The notes under the pieces: model-generated
The model's input: the letters and a program-made list of their open reading frames with translations, nothing else
Told to the model about the DNA's origin: nothing
The model's database searches: none
Source of the DNA: Phallusia mammillata
Lineage: Eukaryota
Direction of reading: 5' to 3'
Assembly (NCBI GenBank): GCA_965637545.1
Contig: OZ281498.1
Coordinates: 20,956,001 to 21,020,000 of the forward strand
DNA length: 64,000 bases
Position numbers and translations under genes: made by a program
Shown: positions 38,501 through 49,002 of the stretch, piece by piece
Position numbering within the stretch: position 1 is the stretch's first letter
Layout: every line of letters begins with the position of its first letter

Positions 38501-41500
38501 CATTGTAAAGTTTGGCTAAACCGGATGCGGTTAATCTGGATCTTTGCCTATTTTGGACAAAATTGAGATACAAATTATTTTTAATGTGGTAAGGCTTTAA
38601 CTAGTCGACATTGGTTAATCCGGACAATTTTTTGGGTCCAAATCATTCCAGATTAACCAACGTTTACTGCAATTGTATACACTTACTGATCACTATATAA
38701 TGTTAAGCAAGTTTTGGTGAAAAATGGTCAATACTTTTCACTGATTTATTAAGAAAAAAATTGGGCGGGGGTTTGCCTTTTTCGGTGGAACCTTCCAATA
38801 TATATCAAATGAGACTAAAATATGAACAAAGTGGAAAACAGGTGGGTACAGACTGCTACCTGCTGTGCAGAATCCTGTTCTTCATGAAGTTTTTTGGCCA
38901 AACATTCATCGTACTCCTGTAATGTCATACTTGTTATGAATGGTATTTAGAGGTTGGTATTTATAGAATGAAAAAAAATTTGGACAAAAGTACACCTTGT
39001 CTATTTGCAGGTTCAGTGCAAAAAAAGTTTTTGTAACAAAATCAAACAAGCCCCAAACTAAACAAAATATATTTCATTTAGTAAATTTACACATTACAAA
39101 TTTGTGTGTGCTCTGCACTTTTTATCACAAAGACATCATAAATGCAGGAATTAACAAAAGGTCGGTATCTGCAATAGTTGAATGCATTGCATATTCAGAG
39201 CGGTGTTAGTATTAAACCACAATCAGAAATATGAAAGTAGACAATTTAAACACAAACATTTCAATTGAACAGTGTTGGCAAAAGATCAATAACTTGAATG
39301 TTTCCATTGACTTCATAATAACAGACAAGGGTGTGCCCCAAACTGACTGTGACACAAGGAGCAAAGAATGCAAGAAAAGTTGTTCATTAACTTACGGCTT
39401 GGGCTTCCATTCTTGAGAATATAACATTAAGCATTTGTGTTAAGGTGGCTCTTGCTGTTGTCTGAATATAAGAAAACATAATGCATTGCATATATTTCAA
39501 TTTTAATTTCACTGGGTCACATTTTTACCTGATGGTTTTGTTTTGATTTACACACACTTTCATAAATACACATAATTGAACCATCATTGTCTATAGATCA
39601 GATATTTTTTTACATATTGCTAACTTATGTAAAAGGTTAGAAGTATTCCATTACTCCAACATTTATTAAATCTGTGATTAAAAAAATACATTGTGTGTCC
39701 TTATAAAATGGAACTTAATTTATTAGTATGTAAACTACGTAAACATACAAAGCTATACAACTCAACAGCACTTAATGCTGTTTAGGCTATTGTAGCTTTA
39801 CAAAATGAACCTAATCAATACAGATTTGCATAAGAGTCAGCTTGTCATAAGCTATGTGAAAACAATAGCCACAACATTGAAGAGCTTAAGGATACAGACC
39901 TGATTGACTGGATTTTTAGAAGCCAAATAAATGTTGTAACATGTCCGAACAGCTTGTAACAATGTCCCTTCATGAATCTCACAGTTGTTACTCGTTACAG
40001 CTGTTAGAAGAACCTACATACGAAATAACAATGCATAAGCATTCATAGCAAATGTTAGCCTGAAAAAGTAAAAGCATTCCTGTTTTAGAGTTCTTGTTTT
40101 TTTTGAGACACATTTTTAAAATGGCATTCATCTCTGGTCAAACTTTGGGAGGGTCAACTTTGGAATGTTAACTAACATGTGTGCAAATTTGAATAAATTT
40201 GAAGCACCCTTTCTTGACCAAACATGGCACAGACCAACAAAAAGAAAAAAATCATACAAAAACAATATGTGCTCCTTCCATGAAAGGTGACCTATAATTA
40301 ACAACAAACCTAATTGATTTATACTGCTTGAGAAAATCTAAAATGCAAAACAGTTGAGTACCAATGACAGATATCTGAACTCAATAGCCCTAAAATACAA
40401 TTGCTCAGTTTCGGATCATGACAAGCTGCCATTAGTCGACTAAACTCTGCAATGCTGGCCAAAAAACGTAACTTAGGAAAGTACTGAACTGCCTATTGGT
40501 GTAAACTATATATTAAAAGTAAAAAAAAACCTAAATAAAATCTTTATGCATGTAATCTTTACATGCTGTTTGGAATATAAACATGTGTATATAACCAATA
40601 CAATACATCTTTGGTGACTGTGGCCTGAGCAAATTACAACATGTTTTAAATGGCTGTACTGAGGCACGATTTATAGCTGAAACCTAAGAGTTACGTTGCT
40701 ATAACTATAATCAATTATTACATTTCAATTTGATGTAAACCTTTTAGTATATGTTACCCATAGTTTAGTTGTAAGGGTTAGTAGTAGTTAAGCGTGTCTG
40801 CCCAATTTTTACAACAAATATGCACCTTGATAATTTGAAGTTGGACCTGCTCATCGGTCTGAATACCACTGAAACATTGGCAGATGGCGTCAATCACTCG
40901 ATCAATTAATCTCTTGCCCGGTGCTGAAGAATCGGGAGCATTTCCAACAAGTATTCCATAAACTATCATTTTCTGCAAACAAGCACACGATAATATATCT
41001 TTTCCTCATGATTGAATAAGGCCTGTGGGGTTTGGATAAGTATATCAGTATATCTCAATGCTGGCTCTACAAAAGACGACATGTGAGCAGCCAAATGAGT
41101 GTCCAATATAACACTGGGCAAATGTTGAGACATTTCCAAGCTCACCAGGTATTTGTTATTGAAACACATACAATAATTCTTTATGACAAAAGGAACATAG
41201 CAAGAGTTGTATTGGATAATATCAAACCGGAAAAAAGAAACTCCTGCCTTAAAAGAAACACTTTCTGTGTCATGATGACTGTTATTGACTTATAATGTAT
41301 ATATTGAAATGCACCATTTTTTTGAAAGCAGGTACACAAAATAATGTTGGACTTGAACCAAAATTGCTGACCCTTACTTTAAAGCAGGGGTGTTCAACCT
41401 TTGTCACTGATAGGTTGTTACCGTAAAATGGGTTAGACACAACTAGCATGATTAAATAATGGACAGACCGTCCCAGTAAAATTTGTAAGTGATTCTAGTG

Positions 41501-44063
41501 GAATTATTAGACCCAGTAAAATAGCACCAGTAGCATTAATCTGCTTAGAAAAAAATGTAAATATCGGATTTGCTTGCTAGCACTGCAGTAGTTTGGCCAC
41601 AATTTTTTTCAAAACCATGCATCTCTGAGGGCCACACAACCTTTATTTAATGGGCTGCATTCAGGTTGCACAACCCAAATGTAAAGCACTACAGTTATTG
41701 ATTACAGCATAGAAGTATTAAGTTACTAATTTAACAAGCTTATTTATTCCTATATTTACATGTAAAATTCATGTCCTGTTTGAAATTAATAAATGCTCCA
41801 AAACAGTGGTTCCTAACCAGTGGGGAGCTACATACATGCTAATGGGTAATTGTATGAGCCAATTTTACGTAAATTGTTGTATTTTCAATCAAATGAAGAC
41901 CATTATTGAACCACTGACTCTTAAGCATTGCATACAGGTCAAAAACATGTTTAATTTACCTGCAGACAATCAAGAGCAGCTGTAACAATGCTTGGGGATT
42001 TAGATTTGCAAGCCATCTCAAATACAAGAAAATATCTGTCCGCTTCAATGATTGTGTAGGGAGACTTAGGAGGTCCATCTCCAGGGCTACAAACACCAAA
42101 TTGGAAAATTAATTTTAAGACAGTACTTCATAGCCTGTAACATTATATAGATAGAGCAAAAAAAATAAATTTGCAAATCTAACCAAAGTTACATAAAGCT
42201 TAAAAACAATTTGCAATGCAAAAAAAAACTTTCAAATGAAATTTCTGTCCTTAAAAAGATAATGCCAGTTTTAAAACTCACTTAAGTTTGAAACACTATA
42301 CACGTTTCTGTTCATAAGTTTATAGGTGAAAACAACGGCATGTCGCTTTTTACGTATATTTGTGGGCGTTATTTTCACGATTAAATCAGTATGCTTCTTG
42401 CCGCAAGAACATGTATGCCAGAAATGTGAAACAAACATGTAGCAGAGTGTGGTAAGGAGTTATCAGAAGGCTTTGTAACCAATTACATTTGGAACCCAAC
42501 AAAATCAAATGGCAAAGTTTAGGATCATGATCCAAAGATTTTGGAACACTGCTTTAGACAGTAAAAAGCCCAACACCCAAACAAACAGAAATAAAAAACA
42601 AGGAAAATTGTTGTACAATTGTTGTAACATACCTATCATGTTCAAGATCCTGCTTGATATCATCTGAAAAAAATTAAATAAAGTTATGATTAATGTTAAA
42701 AAAGAATGGGCAAAATAAGACTGGCACCTACATTAATTTGGCAAACACTTACACAGGATTTGGTAAACATTGCTATAAACTTTGCATTAATTGGATTTAG
42801 GTTTGAAACCTAATGAAGGCTTGAATACATATTTAAAGTTTGTTTGATGAAAGTCAATATGGTCAAAGTTTGGAGATTAATAACTCAAACAAAAATGAAC
42901 AGTGTCAATTGATTCTGTTCAGTTTTGAACTGTTTAAACCTGAAAAAACACGGTTATTCTTCGAACGTTTTTTGTGATAATTATTTAGTTGCCAAAGAAG
43001 TGGTATAAACGCTTGTCTCAGAAACCTTTACAACATAACTTGTCGAAATAAATTACTTCAGTTTGCCCTCAAGCACTTTCTGTCAAATTTTCACAGTTCA
43101 AATACACATTTAAGATACTTAAAATGTTCTGATACATGTCATGTTTTTCATCTACCTGTGAAAAGTTCCAATTACAACTTTATGAACAAAAGGTTAAACT
43201 ATTAATGTCTCGTTTTTGACAGTGCTGGGCATACAGTTTTCGATACCATAGTTCGATACCGAAGGACGGTTTACACCAGTGGTTCCCAACCTTTGGTGGA
43301 CCGTGGCCCCCTAAAAGTCACTTTTTGGCTTCATGGCCCCCTTTAAGTAACCCTGAAGGACCTGTGCCCCCCTTGAAAAATGTAAAAGGCAATCTCGTGT
43401 TGGAATTCGGTACTAATTTCGGCTTTATGCAGGTCGAATAGAGTAACCAAGAATCCTCAAACGTGATAAACCTCAATATAGACAAATAGTGTGTGAAATA
43501 GGCGATTGAATTAAGGAATAAAGTTAAATAGAAAATGGCTTTTAGTGGGTGTTTCTTGTGAATCTACACCCGTGGCCCCCCAGGACACAGCTCGTGGCCC
43601 CCCTGAGGGGCCATGGGCTCTGGTTGGGAACCACTGGTTTACACCATAAGAATACGGTCAATTTTTTGCCAATATTTGCTTCGGACAGCACAAAATTGGG
43701 AAAAAGTCCCGCAAGGTTACGTATATTTTTATGCGCTTTTGTGTGGAGATTACACTTTTCTGCATTTTTGTGTGCACGTCTGTACCCCAGCCATGGCAGA
43801 TAAATTAGACAATGATATACAACTAAGTACAACACTATACATAAGTACTCAGTAATCGTAATCAGTACTCGCTTCAAAACCTGGTATCGTCTCATCACTA
43901 GTTATTAGTATCCTTGACTACTGAAGTATGATGTCTTACCAAGTGCAGATTTGCAGGCTTTCTTCAACTGCGCATTTTGTGATCTCCGAAGTTCCTTGTC
44001 AGCAAGAATCCGTTCAAGTGCTCGCGTTAAGAACATGCTACGTGTCTGTTTGGATTTCTGCAT
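20570..44063 (-). CDS. ARFGEF1/2: Brefeldin A-inhibited Arf guanine-nucleotide exchange factor (BIG1/BIG2 ortholog; DCB-HUS-Sec7-HDS), about 1655 aa, at least 38 coding exons
   Basis: Exons 5' to 3': 44063-43940, 42663-42633, 42086-41960, 40972-40826, 40013-39900, 39461-39396, 38916-38860, 38162-38031, 37525-37400, 37248-37179, 36785-36732, 36675-36564, 36031-35909, 35431-35195, 34687-34579, 34107-33906, 33687-33541, 33074-32904, 32556-32472, 32060-31895, 31400-31261, 30501-30373, 29448-29290, 29053-28942, 27991-27851, 27227-27075, 26544-26318, 25819-25705, 25352-25195, 24858-24725, 24493-24404, 24017-23842, 23283-23116, 22690-22560, 22231-22066, 21623-21494, 21141-21024, 20689-20570. Hallmarks: N-terminal [32 protein letters not shown] box IYVNYDCD, Sec7 [18 protein letters not shown] with the catalytic Glu, [16 protein letters not shown], and [16 protein letters not shown]. 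One junction (exon 7/8) is out of phase; see findings. Confidence 0.95.
22915..23025 (+). mobile_element. Repeat carrying a decayed hammerhead-like core (homologous to 33140-33245, opposite strand)
   Basis: TCA-CTGATGA-T-GGCA-TAAGCATT-TGCG-GAAA-CGTT-TGA at 22946-22983. The flanks match the reverse complement of 33140-33245. Confidence 0.6.
26070..26255. mobile_element. TAGGGATG-terminated MITE-like repeat, copy 1 (inverted copy at 29842-30030)
   Basis: AGCAGGGCATGAATATGCAAATTTAATGCTCGGGTCAGTTTG ... GGTTCTGGCTCGGCTCG..CATCCCTA matches the reverse complement of 29842-30030. Confidence 0.75.
29842..30030. mobile_element. TAGGGATG-terminated MITE-like repeat, copy 2
   Basis: Reverse-complement homolog of 26070-26255. 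Confidence 0.75.
31771..31843 (-). mobile_element. tRNA-like element (solo SINE head or tRNA pseudogene)
   Basis: GGCTGTG-TA-GCTCAGTTGGCAAAGC-GC-GAGTC-CCGGAAA-GACTC-CTGTC-GTGGG-TTCGAAT-CCCAC-CGCAGCC. It has a 7-bp acceptor stem, perfect anticodon and T stems, and intact A and B boxes. However, C33 replaces U33, and a GGA (Ser) anticodon sits with a short variable loop, so it is not a credible functional tRNA-Ser. Confidence 0.7.
33140..33245 (-). mobile_element. Repeat carrying a decayed hammerhead-like core
   Basis: Minus strand TCA-CTGATGA-T-GGCA-TTAGCATT-TGCC-AAAA-CGTT-TAA, with CTGATGA at 33203-33197. Confidence 0.6.
34910..35172. mobile_element. MITE
   Basis: Imperfect termini GGGGCTCCTCTAAAATGTG / CATATTTTAGAGTAGCCCT with internal GGTTAG/CTAACC arms. 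Confidence 0.5.
43277..43636. mobile_element. hAT-type MITE with perfect 8-bp target-site duplication
   Basis: CAGTGGTTCCCAACC ... GGTTGGGAACCACTG flanked on both sides by GTTTACAC (43269-43276 and 43637-43644). Confidence 0.9.
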
Positions 44064-45999
44064 TCTGCAAATTACAAGGCACTACTTTAAATTTATTATG
44101 TATATTTAACAGGTATAATGTACAATGCACTGTTTTAATATAAATGATACAGAAAAGTGAATAGTTTTCAATCAACAATGTAATTTTCTTGATGGAGTAC
44201 CTTAGTAAAGTATCAAAAAGAAGTTACAAGCAGTTGCTACTTAAGATGAAAATTTATAAATGAAACTGCCATTTCAATGACTTTATTGCTGCATTTTACA
44301 TGACCTGTACACACTTTAAGAGTAGTGTGGCAAATTAAACATGAACTGTGGAATTAATTTTCAGGCATTGTAGTCATGTAAGCCTGTAAATTCAAATTTG
44401 TCTTGCTGACATATTACATTTATATTGTAGCAAGGCAACACAACGATGATATGTTTTTAAATAAATCATATTTGAAGCAAATCTTTTGGTACCATGCAAA
44501 TTTGAATTACTTATCAAGGACCTATTGCTTAAGCAGAATATGCAAAGGTCTACATGCAACAGGTTCAAGAAACTAACTTTTTTTGCTGCTTCACTAGTAA
44601 TGTTTAGTATCAGCAAACACTTAACAAAATAGACATTTTCTACTTTTTTATATGCCATTTAAATGACAATTTTTACCATTACTACTTTAACTGGGGTCAT
44701 TTTTCACATAAAGAGGGTACTTCATAATATAAGCAAGGCTCAGATACAAGAGTGCAGAAAAGCAGTAACATTTTGTACATTGAACTGGCACCATGCATTT
44801 CTAGATTAATGACAAGGCAGAAAATAAATGCTTTTCAAGATTTCAAATAAAAAGATGCTTTTCAAATATATAACAAGTCCTTAATTGCAGGAGTTTGTGC
44901 AATGACAAATTAAAATGTCAAATATTTTTAAGCTACATGCATAACTTGTGCTTACCATGGATACACTTTATTCCTGTATAATCATACAATTTACTTTTTT
45001 ATGTGGTATTAATATAAGCAACTTGTGTGCATACAAACTAGATTACACAGGTGGCATAAACATGCAGTTAATAGAAAGCTGTGAATAAGGCTACCAAATA
45101 GAGCTATGACCTAGTTAGGCAAGCTTATGTTAGGTTTGTGAACATTGCCTGTTGAGAATCTGTTTAAAAAAGTGTTCAATTAATTTGGTCGTCGTCTATG
45201 TTTTGAGGTTTGCTAAGTTTGTTGTTATTGTTTAGTACTGTTATGTAGTTTGTATAGCACCAACTGGTTACACATCTACAATTCAGTTACATAGCCAAAC
45301 CTCACTGCCCAAACATTGGCAAAGCTTAGAAATACTACTTTTGCTAAATTCTTCACCAAAAACAATAACAAGGTACTAAAATAGTAAAATATTAACTCTT
45401 TTAATACCTAATATTAAGACATTGTTGTTTAAAAAAAACTCAGTTCGGCATTGCAAAAAAATAAACTACAAAATTGGTAAAGTAAAAAGCTACACTAAAA
45501 AAATACAAGTAAAAGCATTACAACTTTACAACAGATATAACACCACATACTTTAAACAGAAGATATCCAATAATTATAATTAAATTTAAGGAAAAAAATG
45601 TTAACGTCACTCAATACTTACCCTAACTATAGATGAAAGTTTAAGATCTTAAACCTACTTGAAACGTGTTTTTTGTAATTTTAGTGAACAATGCAGACCA
45701 AACTACCAATTAATCATTCATAACTGATCACATTTATGTCCTGCAATAGCGAACAAAAGGCAGTTACAGTTTACAACGAAATCAAACTAAAAATATCAAA
45801 TGTCATGAAACAGGGTTTAAATTAGTTTTCTACTTTACTGAAGATGTGCAAGCAAAAATAGGCTGAGAAACCTCTTGGTAATTTTTCACTTAATTATTCA
45901 AACTACTTTAATGTACTTTTAAAACGGCATGAAACCGCTTTTTTAAAAAGAATAGCATATTTTATTCCGATAACCGGTATGTTTTCCAAACAAGCAAAG

Positions 46000-46560
46000 T
46001 AAGCGTTGGCAAAACATCGTCGCTCAGCGTATATTCACGTAGACAAGTCTCGCAACATTTGTTCGTTTCTTTTGACAAGTAATTTTTAAACCAAACAAGA
46101 TCTTATCAATCCACTAAGAAATTATCTGTTTTTTCCACAATTTTTATGAATTAATTAAAGTAGGTTAAATCAATTGTCCAAAAATGCAAGGCATGACGTT
46201 TAACATTTTACCAAACAATGCGTTGCTCTCATTTACCAGACATGTCGTAGTTTTTCACATTGCAGTTGTCACGAGTTTATGAGCAGTTTCGCAAACACAA
46301 ATCGTTTACAGCAAAATTTTGTTTCATTAGTCTTATTACTGCACAATTGGTTATTGCAAATTTTGCGTACGACCAAAAAATGTCAAACATTATGTTCCAG
46401 GCTTCCCTTGAACCTTTGTGAAATTAAGTCACGTGGTCAAATTGTCAGACGATGTGTTTTTTCCGTCGGAATTCGTAGGTTAGTTTTTTCTGACCTCTCT
46501 TTTGCAACTTAGTTTACATTGGTACGTTTTTGATAATTCAAATGGGGTAAATATGTTGCC
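46000..46560. promoter_or_regulatory. Probable ARFGEF (possibly bidirectional) promoter
   Basis: CpG-richer patch between two CpG-poor blocks, with E-box GTCACGTGG at 46428-46436. A candidate minus-strand 5' UTR donor lies at 46237/46236, and an acceptor lies 1 nt before the ARFGEF ATG (44065-44066). Confidence 0.4.
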
Positions 46561-48183
46561 GTTTGATTCCAGCTGCAATGGAACGAAACATTAACACCAG
46601 TTCTGTATTATTAAAAGCCTGATTTGAAAGCTATAGTTTGGGTCAATTGTCATTTCTTTCGCATGTATATTTTGTGCAAGCCATTCTTCTCAAAATGGAA
46701 GTGGTACTTTTGGACAGGAACAGTTGTTAAAACATGCGAATGTTTGTCAGTAACAGCAAAAAAGTTACATAAAGTGTTTGGTTGTACTAAAAAATAGCAT
46801 GTTAAAGAAATGCAATGAGTTTTTGTCAACATATTTTTATAATTGGAAACAGGAAAACAGTTAAACATGATGTCTTGCAGTTTTTGAATGTATTGTTTTG
46901 TTTGTCAAAATGATTTGTCTGCCTACATCTTGCTTTTTCAGAAAAGCATATTGTTTGTCAACATAATAGTTACCACTTCATGGATAATATTGATATTTGT
47001 AATGTTGATAATACAGTTAATTTAATGAATGTTCGATTTTTGAAAATGGGTTTTACTTATTATTCAAAGCACTACATATAAAAATCCACTGTAATGCACA
47101 TTTCCATTGCATTTGTATAGTAGCCAACATATGTAATGATGTAACTTTGGTAAAGTAATTGTGATGAATGCCACACTTAGTGCATTGTTTTGTACTTAAA
47201 GTTTGATATGCACTCCAAAAAAACCTACTTGATCAGGCATTTTTTTGCATCACAAAACCTACTTGATCAGTTATTTTTTGCAGTCAATGCATTCTTAGGA
47301 ATTTACATTCTCAATGTAATATTCAGTGACATTCCTATTGTGGTTTCGAAATCTGGTGACCACTATTTAAAGCCGCTAAATTGTGTGCCTTTTATAAAGG
47401 CCAGTACATGGAACATGTATGTTGCCAGCTTCTTCTGGTGTTGATGTTTAGTTTACCACTAGTAGCTACTGCCCTTCTTTCTCTCTACTTTTCTAATCAA
47501 ATTAAGTTTTACAATTCATTTTTTTGTAGTGCACTGCAAAGCTTTTTTAGGTCTATTGCGATAAAAACATAGTAACCGCCTAAAACTTCAAATGCAGGTA
47601 TGTTTTGTAATTTATGGTTCATCTTTGTTTAAATGATTGTTTCGTTGCATTAACTGTGTACATGTTAGAATAAAATGGTGTATTCTTGTGATATGTTGTT
47701 TACCCTTTTTTCGCCATTATATATGTTTATGTTTCAGAAACCTACTGAAAAAATGTTTCTATGCTGTATCTATGTGGATTTTTTGCAAAAAAGGCAAATA
47801 TTATTTTTGTCATTTCCTTGGTGGTTTGGTTCTGCCAATTGGATGAAAGAAGGTAATGAATCCTGCTAAAATTTGAAGACATGGTTAGTTGGCTTGCAAA
47901 ATTGGAATGTGATTTTAATCCTATGTGGTTAACCCACAGCCCCCAACATGCACAATAAAAGAACAAGGATAAATACCTCAAGAGCTTTTTATTTTAAATC
48001 AATTCACAATAAAGTGTCCATGTAGTCTTTTTTTCAAAAACTGGCTAGGAGTAAAAGGATAAACCACCAGGCCTCAAGTATGAACGATGGGCATTCTGCC
48101 CCAGATACACAATGGTAAGGGAATGATTGACAGGTTTTATGATTAAAACAGTGCTGTAAGAATTCTGCCTCTTATGTAAGAGC

Positions 48184-48594
48184 CAGGGGTCACTAACCTT
48201 TTTAATGCCGAGGGCTACCTTACGATCACCAAATTGCTGGTGGGCTACCAGTTGAAACATAAGCAAAAACATATTAAAAAAAACTATACACCATACACAA
48301 AACTGACAAGTATTTTTAAACAAATATTTTGTAAAAGTTCACGAAAATTTGTAAAGTGTATAATCATTGGCCTGCTCACAAAGCAGGGTTATATGTAATT
48401 CACAATCACAATGATACAACAATTTCTCCTTTACTAATAAAAGTCAATTGTCATAATTGTCGCAATAAAGATGTTTATTTCATGTTTTTGCAAACCCCAA
48501 CAGCATTTTGCTATTTTAGAAATAGTCCAACGGGCGACAAAAACCGGGTGAACGGGCGACAAGGTGCCCTCGGGCATAAGGTTGGTGACCCCTG
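48184..48594. mobile_element. hAT-type MITE
   Basis: CAGGGGTCACTAACCTT ... AAGGTTGGTGACCCCTG termini. No clean target-site duplication. Confidence 0.65.
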
Positions 48595-49002
48595 GACTAG
48601 ACAGTATCAAGTTTTTTGACATTTTAGTGCAGAAATGTGTTTGTGTAGCAACCTAGGATCAATAGATATTAAAGTGCAACGGCATACACTAGGTACTTAT
48701 TTTTATACTCCTGCGGCGAAAGTATTGACCTTTGTACGTGGTTAACATCAGTTTCATCGTTTTAGGTTTAAAGCCTGTAAAAATATTTGTTATGACTCTG
48801 TCGCTCGCTTACAATCCCCAAATATGTGGTCTTGTGATCCCAACTGATGTGCGATGACCAAGAACCGGATTTTTTCTGTTACTGTAACTCAGTTCAAAGA
48901 ACCCGAGGTTATTGCCTATGTTTTATATACAATAATGATACGTTGCTATAGCGTACAACTTTTTTAACAAATTTACAAAAACACAAAATTTCCTTGCATT
49001 GA

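Noticed and set aside
47130-47300. GTGATGA box C-like motif suggesting a C/D snoRNA
   Set aside because: There is no CTGA box D at a suitable distance and no terminal stem.
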